A DNA stretch of 64,000 nt, taken from positions 796 to 64,795 of the forward strand of contig JACQSQ010000013.1 of NCBI GenBank assembly GCA_016211245.1, in the 5' to 3' direction. Made by a program: the position numbers and the translations under genes. Below the pieces are notes generated by a model, which worked only from the letters and a program-made list of their open reading frames with translations, had not been told where the DNA came from and searched no databases. Every line of letters begins with the position of its first letter. Position 1 is the stretch's first letter. The stretch is from Candidatus Woesearchaeota archaeon. GTDB taxonomy: Archaea; Nanobdellota; Nanobdellia; Woesearchaeales; GW2011-AR4. Positions 37,674 through 47,357 of this stretch are shown one piece after another.

Positions 37674-38624
37674 ATGAAAAACACTACTTTTATAAATTTA
37701 TTCCAAACCAATAATATTATGGGAAGTAAGGTGAGGGAAAGCAGGCTAAAGGCGGCAGTCAAAAAAATGATGCCATTCGGAATGCAGAAGTTTATCTATA
37801 AAAACATTGTAAGAAAGGCAAGAAATTTGAAATTGAAATCACAGAAGAAAATCATAAAGGAAAGCATAAAAAAAGAATTGATTAAAATAGGATTAAAAAA
37901 AGGAGATGCAGTTATTGTGCACTCTTCCTTGAGCAGGATAGGGTTTATAGAGGACGGAGCTGACTCATTAATTGACGCTTTTCTTGAAGTGGTTGGAGAA
38001 GACGGCTTATTGGTGATGCCTGCGTTCTCTGCATTAAATTACGATGAATCAAAGAAAATATATATTTTTGACGTCAAAAACACCCCTGCTTACGCAGGGG
38101 CTGTGCCGGAAACTTTCAGAAAAAGAAAATGGGTTTTTAGAAGCATTTCACCGACACACTCTCTAATAGCCTATGGGAAAAAAGCAAAGTGGTTCACAGA
38201 AGGGCAGGAGAAATGCGACAATCCTTACGGAAAAGAAGGGCCTTTCTACAAATTGCTTGAGCTTGATGCAAAAATATTCTTAATTGGAGTAGACCAACTG
38301 GCAAATTCTTCAATACATATTGTCGAGGACAAATACAAAGATTTTCCAATTAAAGTCTGGACTGAAAAAAGCAAAGTGCTTGTCATTTACCCGGACGGGA
38401 GCCGAAAGATAATTTATGCAAGGTGGCATATTCCAAACTTGTACAAGAAGAGGGACAACAATATGCTGGAGAAGCCATTCCTTGAAGAAAAGCTGATGAG
38501 GATTTATCCTTTTTTCAATACAGAGGTAAGGGTTATAAGGGTAAAAGATGTTGCTGACTGCATGGAAAGGCTGGCTAAAAAGAAGATTACAATCTACAAT
38601 CCCGAAGCTTACAAATCAACCTAG
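37674..38624 (+). CDS. AAC(3)-family (Antibiotic_NAT) aminoglycoside/aminosugar N-acetyltransferase-like
   Basis: DAVIVHSSLSRIGFIEDGADSLIDAFLEVVGEDGLLVMPAFS matches AAC(3) N-terminal signature; true start may be a downstream Met. Confidence 0.6.
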   Translation: MKNTTFINLFQTNNIMGSKVRESRLKAAVKKMMPFGMQKFIYKNIVRKARNLKLKSQKKIIKESIKKELIKIGLKKGDAVIVHSSLSRIGFIEDGADSLIDAFLEVVGEDGLLVMPAFSALNYDESKKIYIFDVKNTPAYAGAVPETFRKRKWVFRSISPTHSLIAYGKKAKWFTEGQEKCDNPYGKEGPFYKLLELDAKIFLIGVDQLANSSIHIVEDKYKDFPIKVWTEKSKVLVIYPDGSRKIIYARWHIPNLYKKRDNNMLEKPFLEEKLMRIYPFFNTEVRVIRVKDVADCMERLAKKKITIYNPEAYKST

Positions 38625-39782
38625 TTTGTTGGCAAATTCCTTATTCTCTTCAATCATCAAGGCATCAATAAAAAATTTTGCCGCCCAATTAGGATAAGCG
38701 AAAGGAGCATACCATCCATAAACAGGATAAGCTCCCGGAATTCCGCCTCTTATGCCGGGATTTGATGAAGAAAGGTTTTGCATTGATTTCATGAAATTGT
38801 TGCTTTTTGCCTCAGCATTCTTGAATTTTCTATCTTTTGTTATCATATAAAGCTTTTGCCATATAATTGACATTTGCGCATTTCCTGTCAGGCAGCTCCA
38901 ATTGATGCTGCTTTTCCATTCCTTATTGAAAGAGCCTGCTAATGAGCCATCTTCCCTTTGAGCTTCAGCCAAAGGAGTTGCTGCCTTTATAGCAGCTTCA
39001 AGATATTTTTTCTTTCTCATATAAATTGCCGCTTCCAAAATGCCCCTTATTGAATATGCTATTGTATGCACCAAAGGCTCCTGCTCTGGATAGAATCCAT
39101 TATTTTCAAACCATCCATTAGCCAATTGCTGGGTCAAAGCCCAATCAATATTTTTTGCTACAGCAGTCCTGTATTTTTCATCTCCTGTTATCTTGTGCAC
39201 ATGAAGCAAAGACCATGCAGTCCTTGTGTTGTAAGTATGGATATGATTTAAATAATCATACTTTCTCAAGCAGCCGTCCTCATCCATCACGGACAAAAGC
39301 CAGTCTGCTGCCTTTATTGATGCGGCTTTGTATTTTGCATCTTTCGTTTCCTCATATGTCCTGCATAATCCGAAAATGACCTGGCCAGTGTTAAAGACTA
39401 TAGGCAAATCTTTCTTTCCTCCACCATGAAATGCTCCTGATCCAAGCTGATTATTTAATTCAAAATCCGCCATCTCTATCGCTCTTTTCCTGTAGAAATC
39501 TTTTTTTGAGTATTCTGCATAGTTGAAGATTGTTGGAATAATATATCCTGTTGTTTCTACATACGATTCGTGCCAGCCGTCAAAGAGAGAAAACATAGCT
39601 GGTACACCGCCGTCATTGTTTGCTCTCTGGGCACCCATAATCCATTCGATTGCTGCTGCAATGTGAATCTGGTTGGATAAGATAGGATGTTTTTTGTTTA
39701 AGGAATCTTTAAGAGAAATTGAGGTGATGTAGTAGAATTTTCTTGGATTCAATGCCTTTAGCGCATAATTAAGATATCCCAT
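38616..39782 (-). CDS. alpha/alpha-toroid repeat protein (prenyltransferase/terpene-cyclase-like DGG repeats), function unknown
   Basis: Recurrent NDGG/EDGS/DEDGC/NGWF motifs spaced about 45-50 aa, Trp-rich; no signal peptide seen. Confidence 0.3.
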   Translation of the reverse strand: MGYLNYALKALNPRKFYYITSISLKDSLNKKHPILSNQIHIAAAIEWIMGAQRANNDGGVPAMFSLFDGWHESYVETTGYIIPTIFNYAEYSKKDFYRKRAIEMADFELNNQLGSGAFHGGGKKDLPIVFNTGQVIFGLCRTYEETKDAKYKAASIKAADWLLSVMDEDGCLRKYDYLNHIHTYNTRTAWSLLHVHKITGDEKYRTAVAKNIDWALTQQLANGWFENNGFYPEQEPLVHTIAYSIRGILEAAIYMRKKKYLEAAIKAATPLAEAQREDGSLAGSFNKEWKSSINWSCLTGNAQMSIIWQKLYMITKDRKFKNAEAKSNNFMKSMQNLSSSNPGIRGGIPGAYPVYGWYAPFAYPNWAAKFFIDALMIEENKEFANKLG

Positions 39783-39891
39783 TTATGGCGATGAATTCTG
39801 TTGATTTTATAAATTTAATTGAGAATTTGGTATACAAATTTAGGTTTATGGATAAATTTAAATATACTGATAGGACATAATTATCATTAAA

Positions 39892-40347
39892 ATGGATTTG
39901 ATTAAAATACCAGTTATCAGAGAAACTAAAAACATCCTTATTTACGGAGCGATATTATTTTTCATAATTTCTTTTATCTTATCATTAGTTATTATTGATT
40001 TGGATTTTAGCGGTAAGATAATTCTTGCTTTGTTCATCGCCATAACAGTTACAATCATGTCCATAATTTTTTTGTATCTTGTAGGCATTTACTCATTATT
40101 AAGAATGTCTTTGTGGGCTGCAAAATACGGCAAAAATAAAATGAACGCGTATATAGTCATTTTTGTTCCAGTTATTTTATTCGCTACAAATTTATTTAGA
40201 ATAAACTATCTGTATTCTTTAATCCAAGAGAATAAAAATTTTGGTTTTTTGATAATTTTTGGATTTCTATTTGAAGTTGTTTGCCCAATAATTAACTATT
40301 TTCTATTTGAAAAAATATCACAAAAATATAAACTAAATTTTGGATAA
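39892..40347 (+). CDS. small polytopic membrane protein
   Basis: Four hydrophobic segments; preceded by A/T-rich promoter-like region. Confidence 0.3.
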   Translation: MDLIKIPVIRETKNILIYGAILFFIISFILSLVIIDLDFSGKIILALFIAITVTIMSIIFLYLVGIYSLLRMSLWAAKYGKNKMNAYIVIFVPVILFATNLFRINYLYSLIQENKNFGFLIIFGFLFEVVCPIINYFLFEKISQKYKLNFG

Positions 40348-40402
40348 TCGAACCTATTTAAAGCTCGATTTGTTATTTAATAAGTTTGAATTATAATTAA
40401 GT

Positions 40403-40412
40403 TTAAAAATAG
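40403..40412 (+). promoter_or_regulatory. archaeal-type TATA box candidate (TTTAAAAATA) 22 nt upstream of ATG 40434
   Basis: Sequence and spacing. Confidence 0.35.
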
Positions 40413-40433
40413 ACATTAAACACATAATCTAAA

Positions 40434-41336
40434 ATGAAAATACTAGTAACTGGCGGAGCGGGATTCATAGGAAGTTATATCGTAAAACACCTCCTGGATA
40501 ATAATCATAATGTGAAGATACTTGACATAAAAGAGCCGAAAATAAGGCACAAAAACCTTGAATTCGTCAAGAAATCAATTCTGGATGACATAAAAAAAGA
40601 TATCATGGGCTCTGATGCTGTTTTCCATTTTGCCGCATTATTGGGCGTTGACAACTCCGACAAAAAGCCATTGGAAACAATGAAAATCAATCTCGAGGGC
40701 TCTGTGAACGTCTTCAAGTCAGCGATTGATGCAGGCGTTAAAAATATGATATATTCTTCTTCATCTGAGGTTTACGGGGAGCCAAGGGAATTGCCTATAA
40801 AAGAGGATAGCGTGAAAGGTCCAGTCTCAACTTATGGTGTTTCCAAATTGGCTGCTGAGATTTATGCGAAAGCCTATAACCAAGAATTTGGAACTGATAT
40901 CAGAATTGTAAGATTTTTTAATGTCTATGGCCCGGGGCAGGAAAGCAATTGGGTTGTTCCTATATTTTTGAACAAGGCTTTGAGAAATGAGCCGATAACT
41001 GTATTTGGAAATGGCAACCAGACAAGATGCTTTACATATGTCGAGGATGTTGCAGAAGGCGTCTTGACTGTTTTTGAGAAAGGAAAATCTGGAGAGGCTT
41101 ATAATATCGGCAATAATCAGCCAACCACAATACTTGAGCTTGCGCAGATTGCAAAGGAAATGACAAAAAGCAAATCTGAAATTATCAAATTGGGTTTTGG
41201 CAAGGAGACAAGATTGAAAGAAAGAGAAATCGAATACAGGATTCCGGACATTTCCAAGATGAAAGCATTGGGATGGCAGCCAAAGGTAATGATTAAGGAT
41301 GGTGTTAAGAGGATATTGGAGAGTATGAAAAACTAA
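40434..41336 (+). CDS. NAD-dependent epimerase/dehydratase (UDP-glucose 4-epimerase/UXS-like SDR)
   Basis: MKILVTGGAGFIGSYIVKHL, YGVSKLAAE, C-terminal RIPDISKMKALGWQPK. Confidence 0.8.
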   Translation: MKILVTGGAGFIGSYIVKHLLDNNHNVKILDIKEPKIRHKNLEFVKKSILDDIKKDIMGSDAVFHFAALLGVDNSDKKPLETMKINLEGSVNVFKSAIDAGVKNMIYSSSSEVYGEPRELPIKEDSVKGPVSTYGVSKLAAEIYAKAYNQEFGTDIRIVRFFNVYGPGQESNWVVPIFLNKALRNEPITVFGNGNQTRCFTYVEDVAEGVLTVFEKGKSGEAYNIGNNQPTTILELAQIAKEMTKSKSEIIKLGFGKETRLKEREIEYRIPDISKMKALGWQPKVMIKDGVKRILESMKN

Positions 41337-41408
41337 AATCATTGGAAAAATATGGCAGATATGGCTATGATATAATAAAAGACGCTAAAAACAGGATAGG
41401 TGCATAAA

Positions 41409-41702
41409 ATGGCAAAGGTTGTGACTTTAAGGCTAAAGGAAAAAGAGCTTGGTTTTATAGAAGAGTTATCTAGGAAAGAAAATGGCGACAGGTCTCATGC
41501 AGCCAGGAAACTAATAGATTACGGCTGGATTTACTTCATTTTAAAAAACTATAAAGAAGGGAAGATGAGCATAGGCAAGGCTGCAAAAGAGCTAAATTTG
41601 ACAATAACTGAAACAATAGAGCTTTTAGCTGATTTAGGAATAAACTCCCCTATAACTTATGAAGAATACTTGGAAGGTTATAGGAATTTAAAAGATATTT
41701 GA
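41409..41702 (+). CDS. UPF0175-like small protein (antitoxin-like, HTH/RHH)
   Basis: About 98 aa, KAAKELNLTITETIELLADLGI resembles UPF0175 C-terminal helix; SD-like AGGTG upstream. Confidence 0.35.
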   Translation: MAKVVTLRLKEKELGFIEELSRKENGDRSHAARKLIDYGWIYFILKNYKEGKMSIGKAAKELNLTITETIELLADLGINSPITYEEYLEGYRNLKDI

Positions 41703-41716
41703 TAATTATTTTTCAT

Positions 41717-43000
41717 TCAGCTCCTCCCAATCCCGTGATAAGCTATTCCCATTGACTTTATCTTTTCCTTGTCCAAACAATTCCTGCCGTCAATTACAAC
41801 CAAAATCTTATGCTTCTTTAATTTCTCCAAATCCATTGACTTAAACTCTTTGTGGTCAGTAACCAAAACCAAATAATCAGATTTGTTCAATAACTCATCC
41901 AAATCCCTGACATTGCTTTCTTTCTGAACATGGGGGTCAAAGACAAAAACATCTGCTCCTCTTGTTTTCAGGATGTTAATCACTTCATAAGCTGGACTTT
42001 CGCGGACATCATCGACATTTGCTTTGTACGCTATTCCCAAAACACCGACTTTTGCGCCTTTGATCGCTTTTTTTAATTTTTTCAATTCATTTTCCAATAA
42101 TTCGACTGTATAATGGGGCATGTTATTGTTGATTTCACGAGCCAATTTTAAGAACTCATGATTAAATCCAAATTGTCTGCCTTTTTCTATCATATAATAA
42201 GGGTCTTGACTAATGCAGTGTCCCCCCACCCCGCTGCCAGGATAATGCGGCATGAACGCAAACGGTTTTGTTGAGGCGCCTTTAATAACTTCAAGAATAT
42301 CAATCCCTGCCTTGTCAAAGCTTTGCGCCATCTCATTCACAAATGCAATGTTAATATCCCTAAAAGTGTTTTCCATTATTTTCGTGGCTTCTGCTGCTTT
42401 AACACTACTAAGTTCTAAAACATTCGCATTTAGAATTCCTCGATAGAAATCTGCAGCCGCCTGAGTAGCCTCTTTTGTAATCCCTCCGACAACCCTTGGC
42501 AGCATTTCAATAGTCCATTTTTTGTTGCCTGGGTCAATCCTTTCAGGGCAATGCGCCACAAGCAAATCATTTTTTTGAATGTTAAATTTCTCTTTTTGCA
42601 ATATGGGCAAAACAACTTCCTCAATCGTTCCAGGATAAATTGTTGATTCTATTACAAGCAAAGCGCCTTGCCTTATGAATTTTGAAACGGTCGATACAGA
42701 ATTCATTACTGCAGTCAAATCAGGGGAATTATTCCTGTCAACAGGAGTTGGAACGCAGACAATAACAACATCAGAAACAGGAATGCATTCTTTCGGGTCT
42801 GTTGTTGCCCTGATTTTATTCTTCAATGATCTTAATTTGCCTGCAACATACTCATCTTCAATCGGGCTTTCATTTTTATTTACGCTGTCAATCTTGCTTT
42901 TGTCAACATCAAAACCATACACTTTATGGCCTTTTTCAGCGCATAAACAGGCGAGAGGCAGGCCGACATAGCCTAATCCAACAATGGTAATTGTTTTCAT
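41717..43000 (-). CDS. UDP-N-acetyl-D-hexosamine/UDP-glucose 6-dehydrogenase family
   Basis: MKTITIVGLGYVGLPLACLCAEKGH, catalytic Cys in GVGGHCISQDPYY, C-terminal UDP-binding domain. Confidence 0.85.
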   Translation of the reverse strand: MKTITIVGLGYVGLPLACLCAEKGHKVYGFDVDKSKIDSVNKNESPIEDEYVAGKLRSLKNKIRATTDPKECIPVSDVVIVCVPTPVDRNNSPDLTAVMNSVSTVSKFIRQGALLVIESTIYPGTIEEVVLPILQKEKFNIQKNDLLVAHCPERIDPGNKKWTIEMLPRVVGGITKEATQAAADFYRGILNANVLELSSVKAAEATKIMENTFRDINIAFVNEMAQSFDKAGIDILEVIKGASTKPFAFMPHYPGSGVGGHCISQDPYYMIEKGRQFGFNHEFLKLAREINNNMPHYTVELLENELKKLKKAIKGAKVGVLGIAYKANVDDVRESPAYEVINILKTRGADVFVFDPHVQKESNVRDLDELLNKSDYLVLVTDHKEFKSMDLEKLKKHKILVVIDGRNCLDKEKIKSMGIAYHGIGRS

Positions 43001-43081
43001 ACTTTAGACGCAACTGATGTTGATTTATAAAGTTTTCTTAGTCATAAAAATCAAATAATAACCTTTATAAACAAAATTATT

Positions 43082-43309
43082 TTGCTTTCGCCTATGTCTA
43101 ATTATAATCATGATTTCAAGAGCGACAAACTGTACACTATAGGAATAAATACGGGTTTTTTTGTTGCCTTTCTGCTTTTCGCTTCACTATTTTATCTTAT
43201 ACTTAGCTTTCTTAATAAGGTTCCCCAGGCAATCAGATATTACCATATCTTATTGTTTGTGGCGCTAACTTATTTTATAAGGCTTTTGGCATTGAAATTT
43301 AAAAAATGA
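43082..43309 (+). CDS. small membrane protein
   Basis: Two TM; ATGA-coupled to next ORF. Confidence 0.3.
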   Translation: MLSPMSNYNHDFKSDKLYTIGINTGFFVAFLLFASLFYLILSFLNKVPQAIRYYHILLFVALTYFIRLLALKFKK

Positions 43310-43554
43310 GCAATATACAAATATTTTTTAAAGGAGTAAAACGGGGTTTTGGGGATTTTTCCCATCTCATAAACAACATCATTAATTTTTTCCTTCTTTT
43401 GATAGTTTACATCGTTGGAATTGGCCCGGTTTCAGCTATAAGCAAATTATTCGGAAAGCATTTTCTTGACATTAAAAGACAAAACAAAGCATCCAACTGG
43501 CATGAGCATAAGGTCACAAAACAACCGATAGAAAAATATTACAGGACTTTTTGA
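43306..43554 (+). CDS. SxtJ-like small membrane protein (carbamoyltransferase-associated)
   Basis: About 82 aa, single TM, position directly upstream and coupled (ATGA) to NodU/CmcH carbamoyltransferase as in many sugar-carbamoylation loci. Confidence 0.35.
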   Translation: MSNIQIFFKGVKRGFGDFSHLINNIINFFLLLIVYIVGIGPVSAISKLFGKHFLDIKRQNKASNWHEHKVTKQPIEKYYRTF

Positions 43555-43559
43555 TTAAA

Positions 43560-45296
43560 ATGACAGCAATTCTCGGAATTTCATGTTTTTATCATGATGC
43601 GGCAGCGTGCCTTATCAAAGACGGCATTGTTGTAGCGGCAGCAGAAGAGGAAAGGTTCACAAGAAAGAAGCACGACATTAGTTTTCCCATCAACGCTATA
43701 AGTTACTGCCTTAAAGAGGGGGAAATAACCGGACAGCAGCTAAATTATGTAGCTTTCTACGAGAAGCCGCTGCTGAAATTCGAGAGGCTATTGAGCATGC
43801 ATTTGGAAATGTTCCCGAGGTCGTTTTGGTCTTTCTACAAGGCATTGCCTGCATGGATAAATGAGAAATTGAGGGTGCCGGGAATTATACGAAAAAAACT
43901 GCATTACAAGGGAGATATCATGTTCATTGAACATCATCTTGCGCATGCAGCATCATCATTTTTGGTAAGCCCGTTTGAAGAAGCCGCTATTCTAACAGTT
44001 GACGGCGTTGGGGAATGGGCGACTGCATCATACGGCTATGGCAAAGGAAATGATATAACCCTCTTGAAAGAATTGAGGTTTCCACATTCCATTGGGCTTT
44101 TATACAGCACAGTTACCGCGCACCTCGGATTTTCTGTAAATAACTCGGAGTACAAGGTCATGGGTCTTTCACCCTATGGAAAGCCGGTGTATTATGACGA
44201 CTTCAAGAGGGTTGTTGATATAAAGGAAGATGGGAGCATAGAGTTTGACATGTCCTATTTTGATTTCCATTACAAGCTTACGATGCCCAGCAAAAAGTTT
44301 GAAGAAGAGTTTGGAAAAATAAGAAAGCCTCATGAAGAGGTCACGCAAAAACACAAGGATATTGCAGCCTCGCTGCAGAAAATAACAGAAGAAATGATAT
44401 TTAAGATGCTGAATCACCTGCACAAGGAAACAAAGATGGATAACCTTTGCATGGCAGGGGGAGTTGCATTGAACTCGGTTGCTAACGGAAAAATAACAAG
44501 AAACACGCCATTCAAGAAAGTCTGGATACAGCCTGCTGCAAGCGACGCTGGCACTTCCTTGGGGGCGGCTGCTTATGCTTATAACACAATTCTGGGCAAT
44601 AAAAGAAAATATACAATGAAATCCGCTTATCTTGGGCCTTCTTACTCAGCTGAATACCTGCAGAAATTTCTGGATGATGATGGGGTTATATATAAAAAAT
44701 TCAAAGATGACACAGCTTTGGTAAAATTAGCTGCCAAACTGCTTTTCGAAAGCAATGTCATCGGATGGTATCAGGGCAGGATGGAGTGGGGGCCAAGGGC
44801 ATTAGGGGCAAGAAGCATTTTGTCAAATGCAACAAACCCCAAGATGAAGGACATCCTGAACCTAAAGGTCAAGCACAGGGAGCATTTCAGACCTTTTGCG
44901 CCGGTTATAAGCAAAGAGGACGTTCATGATTATTTTGAGATTGACAAGGATGAAGAGCCATTCATGCTTTTTGTCTATCCTTTCAAGGAAAAAGTGAGGC
45001 ATCTTGTGCCAAGCGTTGTCCATGTTGACGGAAGCGGCAGGCTGCAAACCACTTCAAAAGAAGAAAACCCTCTGTATTATGGAGTTATAAAAGAGTTTGA
45101 AAAGCTCAGCAAGATACCAATACTTGTCAATACCTCATTCAACATAAGGGGCGAGCCGATCGTATGCACTCCTGAGGATGCCTACAGGTGCATGATGGGC
45201 ACAGGGATTGATTATCTTGTCATGGATAAATTCCTGATAAAAAGAGCCGATAATCCGAAAGATATGTGGGACAGTGAGAAAATTGCCACGGACTAG
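43560..45296 (+). CDS. carbamoyltransferase, NodU/CmcH family (sugar O-carbamoyltransferase)
   Basis: N-terminal ILGISCFYHDAAACLIKDGIVVAAAEEERFTRKKHD (Carbam_trans_N), HLAHAASSF, C-terminal Carbam_trans_C. Confidence 0.85.
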   Translation: MTAILGISCFYHDAAACLIKDGIVVAAAEEERFTRKKHDISFPINAISYCLKEGEITGQQLNYVAFYEKPLLKFERLLSMHLEMFPRSFWSFYKALPAWINEKLRVPGIIRKKLHYKGDIMFIEHHLAHAASSFLVSPFEEAAILTVDGVGEWATASYGYGKGNDITLLKELRFPHSIGLLYSTVTAHLGFSVNNSEYKVMGLSPYGKPVYYDDFKRVVDIKEDGSIEFDMSYFDFHYKLTMPSKKFEEEFGKIRKPHEEVTQKHKDIAASLQKITEEMIFKMLNHLHKETKMDNLCMAGGVALNSVANGKITRNTPFKKVWIQPAASDAGTSLGAAAYAYNTILGNKRKYTMKSAYLGPSYSAEYLQKFLDDDGVIYKKFKDDTALVKLAAKLLFESNVIGWYQGRMEWGPRALGARSILSNATNPKMKDILNLKVKHREHFRPFAPVISKEDVHDYFEIDKDEEPFMLFVYPFKEKVRHLVPSVVHVDGSGRLQTTSKEENPLYYGVIKEFEKLSKIPILVNTSFNIRGEPIVCTPEDAYRCMMGTGIDYLVMDKFLIKRADNPKDMWDSEKIATD

Positions 45297-46413
45297 CAAG
45301 CTAAAGAATATTGCCGTGAACCTGATTTTGCTTCTTTTCTCATTGGCTGCAGCTTTTCTTGCGGCAGAGCTTATAGTTTCCATATTCTTTCCGCAGGATT
45401 TGCAGAAATATAACCTAGACCAGGATATTGTCCACAGCCCAAGGCCCAATACCGTAACAAGGCTCAGCGGGCCGGAATTTACAGTTGTCAGGGCCACAAA
45501 CTCAAAAGGGCTTGTGGACTATGAATATAATTATGAATTTGACGGCTTTACCATTGTGGCGCTGGGAGATTCCTTTACAGAAGCATCCCAAGTCAGTCTG
45601 GAGGAGGGATTCCCAAAAATTTTGGAGAAGAAACTTAAGGCGGGATATGAACAAATAAGGGTTGTCAATTGCGGAATTGGCAATACGGGAACAGACCAGC
45701 AGATGATATTCCTGCAAAAGGAGTGCATCAAGTATCATCCAAATATTGTCATGCTGAATTTTTATATAGGCAATGACTTTGCCAATAATTATGCATCTCT
45801 TGTGACCGGCTATGAAAAAGGAAAGCTCACTGACAAAAGGCCGGTGAAGTTCTCAAGATTCCAGAGATTTTTTCATTTCCTTAATACAAGGTCCCATTTT
45901 GTAAAGCTTGCCGAGAACATATTCCTCAACAGCGATTTTACAAGGAAATTCCTGTTCAAAATAGGCCTGTATAAAACTACAGGCGAGCCTTACGACAATC
46001 CAATAAGCCTGCAGCATGTATTCTTCATGAAAAATGAGATAAGTGATATTGGATACAACAAGACGCTGCTCATCATGGACAAGCTGATTAATTACACAAA
46101 ATCTCAGAATGCGCAGCTGATAGTTACAATCATCCCCACAAGAGAGCAGGTTGATAATAGCAAATTCAAAGAGCATTTTGAGATTTATAAAAAAATAAAC
46201 ATCTCTGTCAATATGACTTACCCAAATGCAATCTTGGCTGATTACCTAAAGAGGAATAAGATTATAGCTATAGACTTGCTGCCTGATTTCAAAGCTGAGA
46301 ACATAAACAACACATTTTACTTCAACGAAGATGAGCATTTTAATAAAATAGGGCACCAGATGGCTGCTGATGTCATCTTCGAAAGATTAATAAAGTCCAA
46401 TTTAATTTCTTAA
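45274..46413 (+). CDS. membrane-anchored SGNH/GDSL hydrolase-type protein (paralog 3 of 4)
   Basis: N-terminal TM; IVALGDSFTEAS, MLNFYIGNDF, DEHFNKIGHQMAA. Confidence 0.7.
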   Translation: MRKLPRTSKLKNIAVNLILLLFSLAAAFLAAELIVSIFFPQDLQKYNLDQDIVHSPRPNTVTRLSGPEFTVVRATNSKGLVDYEYNYEFDGFTIVALGDSFTEASQVSLEEGFPKILEKKLKAGYEQIRVVNCGIGNTGTDQQMIFLQKECIKYHPNIVMLNFYIGNDFANNYASLVTGYEKGKLTDKRPVKFSRFQRFFHFLNTRSHFVKLAENIFLNSDFTRKFLFKIGLYKTTGEPYDNPISLQHVFFMKNEISDIGYNKTLLIMDKLINYTKSQNAQLIVTIIPTREQVDNSKFKEHFEIYKKINISVNMTYPNAILADYLKRNKIIAIDLLPDFKAENINNTFYFNEDEHFNKIGHQMAADVIFERLIKSNLIS

Positions 46414-46427
46414 ATTCATGGCGAGCA

Positions 46428-46571
46428 GGTTTTATTTGCTAAGCGACATCTGGAGCTTCATGAAGGAAAGAAAGAAATGGTGGCTTTTGCCGATAGTCAT
46501 AATGCTGCTTTTGGTTGGAATTTTGATTGTGGTGGGGCAAAGCTCCGCATTAAGCCCGTTTATTTATGCTT
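46428..46571 (+). CDS. unlisted 47-aa small membrane protein, DUF5989-like (commonly partnered with carbamoyltransferase/SGNH genes)
   Basis: ATG 46428; MASRFYLLSDIWSFMKERKKWWLLPIVIMLLLVGILIVVGQSSALSPFIYALF; pattern KERKKWWLLP...G.L......S.L.PFIY.LF matches what I recall of that family. Confidence 0.45.
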
Positions 46572-46617
46572 TGTTCTAGGCTAAAATTTAAATAGTGTTA
46601 TCTTTTTTTAAATAGCT

Positions 46618-47340
46618 ATGAGAATTTTAATAACAGGAGGAGCGGGAGCATTGGGCAGTTCTTTAAAAAAAGTTTTCAAGAATGCATACTGCCCAACTCG
46701 CAAGGAGATGGATGTGACAAGTGCCCGCTCTGTAAACAAAGCTGTTCTGAAGTATAATCCTGATGTATTAATTCATGCAGCCGCCTTAGTCGGCATAAGG
46801 GAGTGCGAAGAAAATAAAGAGAAAGCATGGCTTACAAATGTAGAAGGAACGCAAAATATTGTCAATGCCTTGAGGAAATTAAACAATAACTGCTATTTGA
46901 TTTATATGTCAACTGCATGCGTTTTTGCAGGCGAACAGGAAAAATATTATGCAGAAGACGACATTCCTGGCCCAAAGAATTATTATTCCTTAACAAAGCT
47001 CTGCGGCGAGCTTGTTGCAAGGCAATACACAAACACATGCATTATAAGGACAAATTTCGCGCCAAAATCACAATGGAAATATCCAAAGGCATTTGTTGAC
47101 AGATATGGCACGTATCTTTTCAGCGATAATGTTGCCGAAGGCATTCTTGATGTTGTGAAGAAAAAGCCAAGAGGGATAATACACATTGTTGGCAGCAAAC
47201 GAATGAGCATGTATGAATTGGCGCTGTTGGTAGGCTCTAAAAATACAGGCAAGATGACTTTGCAGGAATATCAAGGTCCGCCTTTGACAGTAGACATGAG
47301 CTTATCAACAAAGGAATGGAAGAAATATCAAATAAAGTAA
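46618..47340 (+). CDS. short NAD(P)-dependent sugar-nucleotide reductase/epimerase (RmlD-like)
   Basis: MRILITGGAGALGSSL, YSLTKLCGE (YxxxK); 240 aa. Confidence 0.55.
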   Translation: MRILITGGAGALGSSLKKVFKNAYCPTRKEMDVTSARSVNKAVLKYNPDVLIHAAALVGIRECEENKEKAWLTNVEGTQNIVNALRKLNNNCYLIYMSTACVFAGEQEKYYAEDDIPGPKNYYSLTKLCGELVARQYTNTCIIRTNFAPKSQWKYPKAFVDRYGTYLFSDNVAEGILDVVKKKPRGIIHIVGSKRMSMYELALLVGSKNTGKMTLQEYQGPPLTVDMSLSTKEWKKYQIK

Positions 47341-47357
47341 TAGTATGAATAACTAAT

